From NCBI GenBank assembly GCA_963693055.1, contig OY843751.1, positions 4,448,001 to 4,512,000 of the forward strand: 64,000 nt of DNA, read 5' to 3'. This DNA comes from a bacterium (lineage in GTDB: Bacteria; Zhuqueibacterota; Zhuqueibacteria; Residuimicrobiales; Krinioviventaceae). Position 1 is the stretch's first letter; each line of letters opens with the position of its first letter. This document shows positions 19,021-29,663 of the stretch, piece after piece. The translations under genes were made by a program, and so were the position numbers. Below the pieces are notes generated by a model. The model was not told where the DNA came from and did not search any database. It saw only the letters and a list, made by a program, of their open reading frames with translations.

Positions 19021-19824
19021 TTATTTTTGTATAGTCACTGATAAAAAAGAATCCAGATTGAACCGGTTCGCGATGTTTTTAACAAAAGATTTGGCTGGAT
19101 TATTCTGCCCCGTATATTGAATGTGCAGGTTTTCTACAATGTTGAATCCAGCCTTGTTCGCCATTTGGCGTAATGTAGACATTGCAAAAAAAGACAGATG
19201 ATAACGGGGATGATTCCCCCCCTGCCATTTATCCTGCATGGGTGACATTTTAAATTTAAGGCTGTTCAAATTTGGCACCTCGATGAAAATAATTCCACTT
19301 TCATTTAGCATGCCGTATAACGTTTCCAAAACAGACAAGGGATCATAAAAATGCTCCAGCACGTGCCACATTACAATAATATCAAAAGTTTCTTCGGGTT
19401 GCGGCATTTTCTCAAAGTCGGAAACTGCAACATCCAGCTTGTAATGCAATCCCGCGTAATGAGCGGCCTCGGCAGAAATCTCGATACCTTTTACCTTGTA
19501 CCCTGCCTGTCGGGCCAGATTCAAAAAATATCCCCTCCCGCAGCCAAGTTCCAGTAAAGAGCCTTCTTGTCTGTATCGTTTCAAAGTATCCAGGCGTGTC
19601 TGATAAATTTCAAATGATTGCTGGTCTTGTACATCGGCACAGGTTTCTGTCACAATATCGGAATTGTGATGATAGTGTTCATATACGTCGGCATCAACAG
19701 AATTCTGTGAGGGATTCAATGTATATACAAATCCACAGGATTTACATCCCACTACACTCAATTCATCTGCAGTGTATTTTAAATTATATTTTTTATGATG
19801 ACACAGAGGACAATAACGTTCCAT
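19021..19824 (-). CDS. Class I SAM-dependent methyltransferase with N-terminal Zn-ribbon
   Basis: CPLC...CKSCG, LLELGCGRG, MWHVLEH, IEVPN. Confidence 0.88.
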   Translation of the reverse strand: MERYCPLCHHKKYNLKYTADELSVVGCKSCGFVYTLNPSQNSVDADVYEHYHHNSDIVTETCADVQDQQSFEIYQTRLDTLKRYRQEGSLLELGCGRGYFLNLARQAGYKVKGIEISAEAAHYAGLHYKLDVAVSDFEKMPQPEETFDIIVMWHVLEHFYDPLSVLETLYGMLNESGIIFIEVPNLNSLKFKMSPMQDKWQGGNHPRYHLSFFAMSTLRQMANKAGFNIVENLHIQYTGQNNPAKSFVKNIANRFNLDSFLSVTIQK

Positions 19825-19836
19825 ACTTTTTCCAAA

Positions 19837-21363
19837 TCAGGGGATTGCTGCTTTCATTACTAATTCTTCGGTTGCTTCATTGGCAGAAAATTCTGCGGTT
19901 TTACAACCTTCTGCCATTACCAGTATTCTGTCCGATATACCCATAATCTCCGGCAATTCGGATGATGCCATAATAATGCTGAGGCCCTCTTTGACCAGAT
20001 CATCTATCAGGGCATAGATTTCACGCTTGGCATTTACATCAATTCCGCGGGTAGGCTCATCAAGCAGTAATATCTTGGGATTTGTGGCAAGCCACTTGCC
20101 CAAAATTACTTTTTGCTGGTTACCGCCACTCAAATTATCTACCATTTGCCGCAAAGATGGTGTTTTTATATTAAGCTTTTTTACATACTCTTTGGCCTGC
20201 TTGTCTTGCAGGCGGTTTTGCAAAAACATTGCGCGTTCGGATTTTTTCAAACTGGCTAGATTGATATTGTCCATTACGCTCATGATTCGTACCAGTCCGC
20301 GGGTTTTTCTGTCTTCCGGTACAAACCCAAGTCCCGAATAAATGGCTTCTTTGGGGTGACGAACTTTTACTGCCGCATCATCAATCCACATATCTACCTG
20401 TGACGCTGTAGGATGAAGCCCAAACAGGGTTTCCAGCATTTCTGTTCGCCCGGCTCCCATTAGTCCAAATATCCCCAGTACTTCGCCCTTGTTGACATGA
20501 AAACTCACGTCTTTGACAGAAAATTTATTCCTGATTGTGGGATGACGCAAAGAACAATGACTGACAGTCATCATTTTTTCCTGACTGACGGTATGGGTCC
20601 GGGGATAAAGATCTTTTAACGGCCGACCGACCATATTCTGAATCACTTGGTCAGCAGTTACATTTTCCGTATCAAAACTCTTGACTACCTTGCCGTCACG
20701 TAGTACGGTTATACGGTCAGAGATGCGGAACAATTCATCCATTTTGTGACTGATATAAATCACGGTTACATCTTGTTTGGTCAACTGCCGGATCAATTTA
20801 AACAACAGGTCTACTTCTTCATCACTAATGGCTGATGTGGGTTCATCCATGATAAGAATGCGAGATTGCATGGACAGTGCTCTGCCAATTTCAATGATCT
20901 GCTGCTGCCCAACCCTGAGAAAAGACACCCGTGTGCGCGGGTCCAGATCAAGATTCAGCGTTTTTAAAATCTTTTCTGTCTCCTGATACATGTGGCGATA
21001 ATCCAGCATGCCCAGAGCTTTTAACGGTTCCCGCCCTAAAAAGATGTTTTCCGCAATACTGAGATTAGGTACCAGGTTCAGCTCCTGGTAAATAATGCCA
21101 ATACTGCTCTTGTGGGCGTCTTTGGTATTTGAAAAACGGATGGGCTTGCCGTCAAGAAAAATATCTCCCTCATAATCGGTATAAACGCCTGAAAAAATTT
21201 TCATAAGAGTGGATTTGCCGGCACCATTCTCTCCAATCAATGCGTTCACCTTGCCACGATGGACCTGAAAGCTTACATCATCAAGCGCAACAACTCCCGG
21301 AAATTTTTTAGTTACATTACGGGCTTCTAATACAATCTTGCCATTTTCTGGTTCTCGTGTCAT
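19837..21363 (-). CDS. Sugar ABC transporter ATP-binding protein (RbsA/XylG-type, two NBDs)
   Basis: GENGAGKST, MDEPTS, LSGGNQQKV, DEPTRGIDV; start re-assigned to MTREPE. Confidence 0.92.
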   Translation of the reverse strand: MTREPENGKIVLEARNVTKKFPGVVALDDVSFQVHRGKVNALIGENGAGKSTLMKIFSGVYTDYEGDIFLDGKPIRFSNTKDAHKSSIGIIYQELNLVPNLSIAENIFLGREPLKALGMLDYRHMYQETEKILKTLNLDLDPRTRVSFLRVGQQQIIEIGRALSMQSRILIMDEPTSAISDEEVDLLFKLIRQLTKQDVTVIYISHKMDELFRISDRITVLRDGKVVKSFDTENVTADQVIQNMVGRPLKDLYPRTHTVSQEKMMTVSHCSLRHPTIRNKFSVKDVSFHVNKGEVLGIFGLMGAGRTEMLETLFGLHPTASQVDMWIDDAAVKVRHPKEAIYSGLGFVPEDRKTRGLVRIMSVMDNINLASLKKSERAMFLQNRLQDKQAKEYVKKLNIKTPSLRQMVDNLSGGNQQKVILGKWLATNPKILLLDEPTRGIDVNAKREIYALIDDLVKEGLSIIMASSELPEIMGISDRILVMAEGCKTAEFSANEATEELVMKAAIP

Positions 21364-21554
21364 GTATTTCCTAAATCTTTTTCTTTTGCATAAATAAACG
21401 CATAATTTATGAAAAAATAAACAATAATCTTTATATAAAAAGATTATTGAACCCAAAATGAATTTATTTTTTGATTTTCAATCCCTTTTTTAGTACATTC
21501 ATTTATTATTATCTTGAAAATTGTAGTATATTCATTATAGTATCGGAGGTGACA

Positions 21555-22688
21555 ATGAAATCGCATTTGTTTAAAATAGCGGTTTTTGTTTTTTCATGTT
21601 TTATTATTTCCTGCACCATTAACCAGAAAGGCGGATCCATGATCACATCTGAACCCTTTGGCACAACCCCGGACGGTCAGTCCGTTGAATTATATACCTT
21701 GAAAAACGACAATGGGATGCAAGCCTCGGTCATGACCTATGGCGCCACCCTGGTTTCGCTGACCGCACCGGATAAAGACGGTGAGTTTATTGATGTATTG
21801 CTGGGTTATTATGACCTTGATAACTTTGTCAAAAAAGGCAGTTATTTCGGAACAGTTGTAGGACGCTATGGCAACCGCATTGCCAAAGGCAAATTCAGCA
21901 TTGACGGTACCGAATACACCCTGGCAGTTAATAACGGTCCCAACCATTTACATGGCGGATTAAAAGGTTTTGATAAAAAAGTATGGGATGGAAAGATTGT
22001 AACCACAGAAGAAGGTGAAGCGGTTCAATTGCATTATCTCAGTAAAGACGGAGAAGAAGGGTATCCCGGTAATTTGGATGTTACCGTGACCTATTCGCTC
22101 TCTAATGACAATTCAATCAAAATCGCCTATCATGCAACTACGGACAAAAAGACCGTAGTAAACCTGACCAATCACGCCTATTTTAACCTGCGCGGTTCTG
22201 GTTTAATTCTGGACCATGAAATGATGATCAATGCGGACAAATTTACTCCGGTTGATGACACCCTCATCCCCACCGGCGAACTGCGCCCTGTTAAAGGCAC
22301 CCCGTTTGATTTCCTTACTTCTACTGCTATTGGTTCACGTATAGATGCGGATTACGAACAAAATCAATTCGGCGGCGGTTATGACCACAACTTTGTTCTT
22401 AACAAAGATGGTGAACAACCCACATTGGCGGCACGTGTGTATGAACCGAAAACCGGACGTATAATGGAAGTTTATACCGATGAACCCGGAGTTCAATTTT
22501 ATACCGGCAACTTTTTAGATGGCACCATTACCGGCAAAAACGGTACAGTTTACAAACGCCGCAGCGGTTTCTGCCTCGAAACCCAGCATTATCCCGATTC
22601 ACCCAACCAACCCGATTTCCCATCCGTTCTACTCGAACCGGGACAGGAATACAATACCCGTACCATCTATAAATTCAGCGCAAAATAA
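21555..22688 (+). CDS. galM: Aldose 1-epimerase (galactose mutarotase), probable lipoprotein
   Basis: GRYGNRIA, NHLHGG, NLTNHAYFNL, GYDHNF, QFYTGN, FCLETQHYPD; GGAGG RBS. Confidence 0.93.
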   Translation: MKSHLFKIAVFVFSCFIISCTINQKGGSMITSEPFGTTPDGQSVELYTLKNDNGMQASVMTYGATLVSLTAPDKDGEFIDVLLGYYDLDNFVKKGSYFGTVVGRYGNRIAKGKFSIDGTEYTLAVNNGPNHLHGGLKGFDKKVWDGKIVTTEEGEAVQLHYLSKDGEEGYPGNLDVTVTYSLSNDNSIKIAYHATTDKKTVVNLTNHAYFNLRGSGLILDHEMMINADKFTPVDDTLIPTGELRPVKGTPFDFLTSTAIGSRIDADYEQNQFGGGYDHNFVLNKDGEQPTLAARVYEPKTGRIMEVYTDEPGVQFYTGNFLDGTITGKNGTVYKRRSGFCLETQHYPDSPNQPDFPSVLLEPGQEYNTRTIYKFSAK

Positions 22689-22706
22689 TTTTTACACCAA
22701 ATCATC

Positions 22707-22736
22707 AAAAAAGCGGGCCCAAAGGTCCGCTTTTTT
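22707..22736 (+). terminator. Intrinsic terminator after galM
   Basis: aaaaaa-gcgggcc-caaa-ggtccgc-tttttt. Confidence 0.8.
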
Positions 22737-22848
22737 GCTCCCCACAATTTCCTTAAATTACAACATAGATCACAAATCACTCTTTTTCCGATTGATATTC
22801 ACAAGAATTATCAATAAATAAATTATATAATCACCCAAGAGATATAAT

Positions 22849-24180
22849 CACTACTGTCCCAATATTAGTTGAATAAATTCAATTGGTTATCATTTTGTAA
22901 GCCATGAGTAAGATTATCATTGTTGCTAAGTAACTGTAAAATAGGAGTTCTTTGAAACATATTAACGCTTAATATTTGCAAAAAAGTGTAGAGCGGAATC
23001 GCAATATTCAAACGTTTCTTTATTATCGCTATAAGCACGTATATACATATTGCAATCCATATTTGCGATTTAACGGCATTGACTGAAGTGCCATAAAAGG
23101 ACTTAATTTTTAGGTTTTGTTTTATCCATTTAAAAAACAATTCAATTTGCCAGCGGCATCTATATAGTTCAGGAATAGTTAATGCCGGCAAGTTAAAAAT
23201 ATTTGTCAACAAAACGAGCGTTCGTTTTTGATCAGTTATGTATATTTTAACGCGTCTGAGTCTTTCAGGATAATCTCGTGATGCATAGTAATTCACTAAA
23301 GAAACTGTTTGATCACATCGAAGACCTGTACTTTTATTAACCGGATGTGAATAGACCCTTTTAGCTTTAAGGTTCGACTTTGCCGGAATGACAAAAAAGG
23401 CTCCAGCTTGATGGAATCTATACAGACGCTCAAAATCTATGTAACCCTTGTCTAGCAAATATATGGCGCCAGGCTCAGGAATCAACATATCAAGAATGTT
23501 AACATCGTGGATTTTCCCTTCAGTTATCTCTATAAAAGTTGGTATGTTACCACGAAGGTCCATTTGAGTATGCACTTTTATAGCACCTTTTGATTTTCTA
23601 AATCTGGCCCATGGAAATAAAGAAAGGCACAAGTCAATTGTTGTTGAATCTAATGCGTAAACCATTTCTTTTAATTCAAGGCCGAATTTTTCATCACGAT
23701 ATAACTTGCGGGCCTGATTAATAAGTATTTGAGCAAATTCAGCATAGATGCGCCAGTCTCGATGTTCATTTGCATTAGCCAAAGTATTTCGAGCAACTAT
23801 GCTGCGAAAACCCATGTGGTAAAGTAGTTTTCGTTGTGATCTTAAACAAGCTTCTATATCTCTCAAACTATCTCGGAAAGTGAGTTGGGCAAAAGCCATG
23901 CAATAAAATTGATCAAGACACGAGAAGGATTTAACTTTATACTCTCCTCTGTATTTGTGGACGCAACGATGGAATGCCTTTAAAGGCAGGAATTCCATTA
24001 TTTGAGAAAAAACAGTTTTCCCTTCGTGCATTTCGCCATTCCTCCGCCATTGTTTTGTTGTGATAGAATGGTGAAATGTAATAATTTAATTCAAATCGTT
24101 CCCGTTAAAAATGATAGCGTAAAGATATAATTAACAATTAAATACAATCACTACTTTTCCCTAACGTTGGGACAGTAGTG
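22849..24180 (-). mobile_element. IS4-family insertion sequence (1332 bp) with 20-bp TIRs and 9-bp TSD AGATATAAT
   Basis: Left end cactactgtcccaatattag versus reverse complement of right end cactactgtcccaacgttag (18/20); AGATATAAT at 22840-22848 and 24181-24189. Confidence 0.93.
22865..24031 (-). CDS. IS4-family DDE transposase (DUF4372 N-terminus)
   Basis: LDSTTI, LLDKGY, Y-x2-R-W-x-IE-LFFKWIKQ (YREK motif). Confidence 0.95.
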   Translation of the reverse strand: MHEGKTVFSQIMEFLPLKAFHRCVHKYRGEYKVKSFSCLDQFYCMAFAQLTFRDSLRDIEACLRSQRKLLYHMGFRSIVARNTLANANEHRDWRIYAEFAQILINQARKLYRDEKFGLELKEMVYALDSTTIDLCLSLFPWARFRKSKGAIKVHTQMDLRGNIPTFIEITEGKIHDVNILDMLIPEPGAIYLLDKGYIDFERLYRFHQAGAFFVIPAKSNLKAKRVYSHPVNKSTGLRCDQTVSLVNYYASRDYPERLRRVKIYITDQKRTLVLLTNIFNLPALTIPELYRCRWQIELFFKWIKQNLKIKSFYGTSVNAVKSQIWIAICIYVLIAIIKKRLNIAIPLYTFLQILSVNMFQRTPILQLLSNNDNLTHGLQNDNQLNLFN

Positions 24181-24290
24181 AGATATAATAATACTTTATT
24201 GAATGTCAGTATTTCATAAAACCAGATAATGAATAGGCCTTTACTGCAACTGCTTATTAGAGCACTATTGATTACGGAAAGGGGCACCAA

Positions 24291-26456
24291 ATGAAACGCT
24301 TAAACATCCTCAATGTTGTATTGCTTTCAAGTTTATTTATACTTTTTGCAGCCTTTACAAGTTGTTCGGATGATCCTGTTTCACCGCAAGAAACAGACAA
24401 GGCCATTACCAGCGAAACCATCGGCGCTTCCGGTGGCAAAATTGAAACGGAAAACTTGACCATCGAGGTACCTGCCGGGGCCCTTGAACAAAGTAATACA
24501 ATCAGCATTTATGAATACGATGATGACGATTCGTTTGCCGAGAACGGTAACCCGATGGTTATGGAAATTCGGGGGTTGCCGGAAACAATCAACCTTCCTC
24601 TTACAATCAAGATGAAAACCGATGCCACTCTTGATGAGAACTGTTTTCTCGCTTTTGGCAGATTGTCAATTAATGAATCCACACTGGATTCATCTCTGGT
24701 TTATGATATATACCCAGCCCGAGATTCTTCCGGTTATCTCATTGGAGAATTACCGGCAACCTCCCAAAACGGATTGTCTAAAACTAATAAAATAGATTTT
24801 CATATTTACGATCCTGCTTCGTGGCTTGTCAAGACTGTACTTCAAGCACATATTAGAACGACTGAACATTTTGAAATTTATTACCCAATCTCGTTAAGCG
24901 ATAAAGTGAATGTCCTTGAGCAGGAGCTTGAAAAAGTCTATGACCTGTTTGACGAGGACCTGGACTTGTCATTAAATCACAACAACAATCGCTGGAGAAT
25001 ATGGATCAAAATACAACAATCCACAATCTTATCCTATTTTGGCAATGACGTTCCTTTATTAAATATCAGTCGCGAAAGATTAAATGCAAGAGACTTTGAA
25101 GCTATTCGCGAGTCTTTGGCTGACAATTTTGTCCATTTTTGTGCAAGGCAAAGCCTGCCTGAAGCAATGAAAAATGATATTGCCAGTCATTACTGGCTGG
25201 AAGCTGCCGTGTCCGCATGGATACAGGAATTTTTAACAGAAAACACATTTACTCAACCTGAAGGTCTTGCTGAAAATGCTATGGCCCCATTTAATGGATT
25301 GCGATTAGGTAACGTTTCACAACCGGATATCAACAAAATTCATAACCATGGCGTAGGCATGTCTTCTTTTATTAAATTTTTGACAGAGCATGAAAAGACA
25401 GGCAAGGCCAGCATTTCTCAAATATACAAAAATATCAAAGAAGGATTCAATGCCGCGGGTGCAGTACACTATTTTGCACAAGAAAAATTAGGCGAACTCT
25501 GGTGGGCAGAGTATCTTCAGACTCTCATAGAAGGTGAAATTTATGATCTAGATTTCAACTATTTTTTAAACCATGCACATGGAACAGCAAATATAAACGC
25601 TTCTTCTCCCGTTACCAAAACATTTTCTTCAACAGATGCTTCGGTCGGTTCCTATCCTGATATATCTGCCAAAATGTTCAAAATCAATCAGAGTTCCGGA
25701 GATATTGATCCGTCGTATCGCATGCTGTTGAGTGCAACCGGTCCCACCGACAACTCTCACCTGGCATTAATAGTCTATGCACTCAAGGGCTCAAATTATG
25801 AGTACCTTGGGACAGCTTACGAGCAGGATGTAACAATTCCGGATTTAAAACAGTATTATGATGATGGTTTCACACAGTATCTGGTTGTGGTTGTGAACAA
25901 TAACGCATTAACATCTTTTCTTGGTGAAACAAATATCGATTTTACCATTGATATTGGTCCAGCCGGAGGAGGCGGTGGTGGAAACGGTAATGACCTGACC
26001 TATAACCGATGCTATGTAGGCGCCGATTTTTACGGCACCTATGAATCAAACCGAAATGGACCGGTTCAGACCTATACCCATTTTGATCAATTCGGATCAG
26101 TTAAAATTGAGGGTGGATTTTTGGGGAACACCTTTTCCGGTATTTATGACAACGGATTCGGGATTACTGAAACACTCACCGTCACCTTGAATGACGAGCA
26201 CAATATGGTAACATCTGTGAGTTGGGTAAAAGAATATAAATATGACGACATGGGTCTCTATGAAATATTGGGTTTTACGGGTACAAACATACCCATGAAT
26301 CCGGATAAAGAAAATAGATTTGAGATCACAGGCAGCAGTACTTGTGATAATTTTACCGTATATGACAATATGAATTCAGATGACAGTTATGTCAAAATGA
26401 CCGAGTATTACTGTGATGAAAACAGCAGAATCTATATTTCGTTTTCTGAAGAATAA
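24291..26456 (+). CDS. Large hypothetical lipoprotein (ZU5-like N-terminus, zincin-like middle)
   Basis: Lipobox FTSC; IGASGGKI...IEVPAGAL; TEHFEIYY; WLEAAVSAW; Gly-rich linker. Confidence 0.6.
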   Translation: MKRLNILNVVLLSSLFILFAAFTSCSDDPVSPQETDKAITSETIGASGGKIETENLTIEVPAGALEQSNTISIYEYDDDDSFAENGNPMVMEIRGLPETINLPLTIKMKTDATLDENCFLAFGRLSINESTLDSSLVYDIYPARDSSGYLIGELPATSQNGLSKTNKIDFHIYDPASWLVKTVLQAHIRTTEHFEIYYPISLSDKVNVLEQELEKVYDLFDEDLDLSLNHNNNRWRIWIKIQQSTILSYFGNDVPLLNISRERLNARDFEAIRESLADNFVHFCARQSLPEAMKNDIASHYWLEAAVSAWIQEFLTENTFTQPEGLAENAMAPFNGLRLGNVSQPDINKIHNHGVGMSSFIKFLTEHEKTGKASISQIYKNIKEGFNAAGAVHYFAQEKLGELWWAEYLQTLIEGEIYDLDFNYFLNHAHGTANINASSPVTKTFSSTDASVGSYPDISAKMFKINQSSGDIDPSYRMLLSATGPTDNSHLALIVYALKGSNYEYLGTAYEQDVTIPDLKQYYDDGFTQYLVVVVNNNALTSFLGETNIDFTIDIGPAGGGGGGNGNDLTYNRCYVGADFYGTYESNRNGPVQTYTHFDQFGSVKIEGGFLGNTFSGIYDNGFGITETLTVTLNDEHNMVTSVSWVKEYKYDDMGLYEILGFTGTNIPMNPDKENRFEITGSSTCDNFTVYDNMNSDDSYVKMTEYYCDENSRIYISFSEE

Positions 26457-26465
26457 ATATAAAAA

Positions 26466-26487
26466 GGGCGGACACTCGGGCCCGCCC
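26466..26487. repeat. REP-like palindrome / possible terminator
   Basis: gggcggacactcgggcccgccc, near-identical to 29639-29659. Confidence 0.6.
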
Positions 26488-26500
26488 AGCATTTTCCATA

Positions 26501-29500
26501 TTACTTGCAAACAAACTCGTATTGTCCCGAGCCTACCTGGTGCTCTGATCCGTCCGGCATTAGGATATCTGCCGTGCTGTTTGGCGGAATAGATACGTTC
26601 AGTATAAATTTCCCGTCAACAATCTTCCACTCACTTTTGATCTCTCCATATAAAGAACGGGTTGACGCGTTAACATGTGTCAAATCTCCAACCGGTTTGG
26701 GTTGAATTAAAATATGTTTGAACCCCGGATTTTCCACAACCGGATTTATACCCGCCAGTTCACGATAAAACCAGGTCACAATATCCCCAAACATCACATG
26801 ATTGAGCGAGCCTTCCGTATCGGTCCAATCTTCCCATAATGCGGTTGCACCTTTGGATATCCAGTCTCCATAACCGGGAAAGTCCGGTTGTGTGGCGACT
26901 TTGTAAGCCAACTCATGCTGACCGTTGAGCGTTAATGCTCTAAAAAGGGCCTTTGCACCCAAAATACCACAATCCACATGATCATTACCCGCATGGACGG
27001 CATTAACGAGCTGTGCAATAGCAGCATCCATTTCAGCTTCCGGCACCAATCCATTAAACACGGAAATGGCCTGTGAGGTTTGGCTGCACAGATCATAGAT
27101 GCCATCGCCTTTATAAAATTCATTATTGTAGGCTTTTTTAACTTTTTCCGCCAGTTTATCATATCGTTCCGCGTCTTTGTTTTTACCCAGTACGCTGGCC
27201 ATTTCCTCAAGCACCTTGATATTATTATAATATAAAGCGGTAGACGTCACACGGCCCGGCGTTTTGGTTTTGAAATAACACCAGTCTCCCCGTCCCATTT
27301 CTACAATATGATCGGGGAAACGTTGATTGAGAAAATTTACATACTCACTGGCAAGGTCATAATGGTCCTCAAGTATACCCGTGTCGCCGGAATACAAGTA
27401 CATATTCCAGGGGACCATCACAGCCGCAGAGCCCCATCCGGGACCGTTGCTGTCCCTGTACCCCCAACCCGGGGTGGGCGCTATACCCGGCAGATCGCCT
27501 TTGGGTGTGCGGGCATCCAGCAAATCATAGGCCCATTTATTGTATGCCGGGATATTGTTATAATTCAACATTCCCAATTCAGATGCCAATTGCGCGTCAC
27601 CGGTCCAGCCGTTCTTTTCACGTTGTGGACAATCAGTAGGATACCCCATATAATTACTCTGATAAGAACGCGCGGTAATTTTATATATAGTATTTAACAG
27701 ATCATTAGAACATTTAAAATGGCCAATGGTTTCAAAATCCGTATTGGCAACGCGTCCCTGTATCATATCTGTTGTCAGTTTATCCAGCCCCGTCACCTCT
27801 ACATAGCGAAAACCATGATAGGTAAAGCGCGGCTCCCAAACCTGGGTAAAACCGTCTTTGGCGATATAGGTATCGGTCTGAAAAGGCCCCTGACAAACAT
27901 ACCTGGCATTACGGCGCTGATTAATCATTCCCTTTTCATCCAGACGTTCACTGTAACGCACCTGTATGGTATCTCCCTGTGCGGCATCAACCAGCAAGCG
28001 CGCCCAACCTGCCATATTGGTCCCCATATCCACCACAAACACACCGGCTTCCGGTTCTGTTACAGAGACAGGTACAAGGGTCTCTACTACCCTTACCGGC
28101 GGCATGGTCTGTGAATCCAGGATACCCTTGGGTGCGAGTACTACTTTTGGGCTATGCCATGCCGAATCATCAAATCCCGGTTGGTCCCAGCCGGGCTGCT
28201 CCTGGCGGGCATCATACATTTCGCCATTGCGAATACCATCCCGTATCACAGGACCGGTAGAAGCCTTCCAGGAAAGATCACTGACAATCGTCTCTTGTGT
28301 TCCATCAGCAAAAGTGATTTGCATCTGTGCCATCATTTTGGGCTTGTCACGCCACGTCGCTCCGTCAAAGTCCCAGGTTGCGCGGGTATGTATATCAAAC
28401 CAGCCGCTGCCCAGCATTACACCCAGGGCATTCTTACCTGGTTCAAGATAATCTTTCAACTCGTAACAGGTATATAGTACTCGCTTGTTGTAATTGGTAA
28501 AAGCAGGATCCAAACGGTGATCACCCACCTTTTTACCATTGCAATAAAGCTCATAATATCCCAATCCTGATATCGCGATCTTGGCAGATACAATCTCTTT
28601 ATTAAGACTGAACGCTTTGCGAAATACGGGCGAAGGCTCGGTTTGTCGCCATCCCGGGGTGCGTCGCCATTTATACGAAGCAGGAGCAACCTCGTCTGCC
28701 TGCTCATATTTACCATTACGTTCAACAGCGACCAGCCATTGTTCGGTTGTCTCGATGGTTTCAACATCCCCATCTTTTTTCACGATTTTTACAACACCAA
28801 TCAAACCGGCAGGATCAGGATTATCATACTTCCAGGTTTGAATAAAAATCTCGTTATCACCGTTTTTCAAATACGGTTTGATATTATATTGCGGAGCAGG
28901 TACTTCGGGACGATAGGCTATAATCCCGGACACCTCTTTACCATTTACAAAAAGCTGAAACGCGTCATTCGCGCACAAAAGAATTTCGGCTTGTTGCAGC
29001 TCTGCGAGATTTGATACAGATAAACGCGTTTTGAAGAATCGACTGTAATTTTTGAGATCTATATCTTTATCTTCCGGGTGCCAGATCCATTTGGCATTTT
29101 CATACCAGTCCGGTGCAAAAATATTCTTTTCAGATTCGGCCACATAACCCAACCACTTTGCCTGCCATTGTGAGGCATCCAAAATGCCCATTGCCCAGTG
29201 CGCGGTATCGCTCCAGGATTGTTCCTCACCGTTCTCATCCCATATCTTTACCTTCCAATAATAATTCTGAAAGCTCTTTAGCGTTTTACCCGCATATGAA
29301 ACCAACACCGGACGTTCACCAGTCACCTTGCCGGAATCCCAAAGATCGCCGGTATCCGTATCCAATACAGATTGTGAGGACGCAACCAGAATCCGGTACG
29401 CTGTTTCATGCTGGCCTTGAGTACCAGCAATCTGCTGCATGCGCCAACCCAGACGAGGTGCAGGACGATCAATTCCTTCAGGATTCATCATAAACTCGCA

Positions 29501-29611
29501 GCGAAGGTCCACGGCTTTTGCCGGCGGCTGGGCATTAATCGATATAGTAATCACAAATAATAAAACAAATACAACTGAAATGAATTTTTGAAAACCAGTA
29601 GAATCCATCAT
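26501..29611 (-). CDS. GH78 alpha-L-rhamnosidase
   Basis: FTYHGFRYVE, PTDCPQREKNGWTGDA, GATALWE, SLNHVMFG. Confidence 0.93.
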   Translation of the reverse strand: MMDSTGFQKFISVVFVLLFVITISINAQPPAKAVDLRCEFMMNPEGIDRPAPRLGWRMQQIAGTQGQHETAYRILVASSQSVLDTDTGDLWDSGKVTGERPVLVSYAGKTLKSFQNYYWKVKIWDENGEEQSWSDTAHWAMGILDASQWQAKWLGYVAESEKNIFAPDWYENAKWIWHPEDKDIDLKNYSRFFKTRLSVSNLAELQQAEILLCANDAFQLFVNGKEVSGIIAYRPEVPAPQYNIKPYLKNGDNEIFIQTWKYDNPDPAGLIGVVKIVKKDGDVETIETTEQWLVAVERNGKYEQADEVAPASYKWRRTPGWRQTEPSPVFRKAFSLNKEIVSAKIAISGLGYYELYCNGKKVGDHRLDPAFTNYNKRVLYTCYELKDYLEPGKNALGVMLGSGWFDIHTRATWDFDGATWRDKPKMMAQMQITFADGTQETIVSDLSWKASTGPVIRDGIRNGEMYDARQEQPGWDQPGFDDSAWHSPKVVLAPKGILDSQTMPPVRVVETLVPVSVTEPEAGVFVVDMGTNMAGWARLLVDAAQGDTIQVRYSERLDEKGMINQRRNARYVCQGPFQTDTYIAKDGFTQVWEPRFTYHGFRYVEVTGLDKLTTDMIQGRVANTDFETIGHFKCSNDLLNTIYKITARSYQSNYMGYPTDCPQREKNGWTGDAQLASELGMLNYNNIPAYNKWAYDLLDARTPKGDLPGIAPTPGWGYRDSNGPGWGSAAVMVPWNMYLYSGDTGILEDHYDLASEYVNFLNQRFPDHIVEMGRGDWCYFKTKTPGRVTSTALYYNNIKVLEEMASVLGKNKDAERYDKLAEKVKKAYNNEFYKGDGIYDLCSQTSQAISVFNGLVPEAEMDAAIAQLVNAVHAGNDHVDCGILGAKALFRALTLNGQHELAYKVATQPDFPGYGDWISKGATALWEDWTDTEGSLNHVMFGDIVTWFYRELAGINPVVENPGFKHILIQPKPVGDLTHVNASTRSLYGEIKSEWKIVDGKFILNVSIPPNSTADILMPDGSEHQVGSGQYEFVCK

Positions 29612-29638
29612 AAACTTTTCCCTTAATAAAATGAATCA

Positions 29639-29663
29639 GGCGGTCACTCGGGCCGCCCCAACA
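29639..29663. repeat. REP-like palindrome (second copy)
   Basis: ggcggtcactcgggccgccccaaca; partial inverted copy tgtccgccc at 29688-29696. Confidence 0.6.

Noticed and set aside
24161-24195. IS-created hybrid promoter for the lipoprotein gene
   Set aside because: No acceptable -35 at proper spacing from the TATAAT in the TSD
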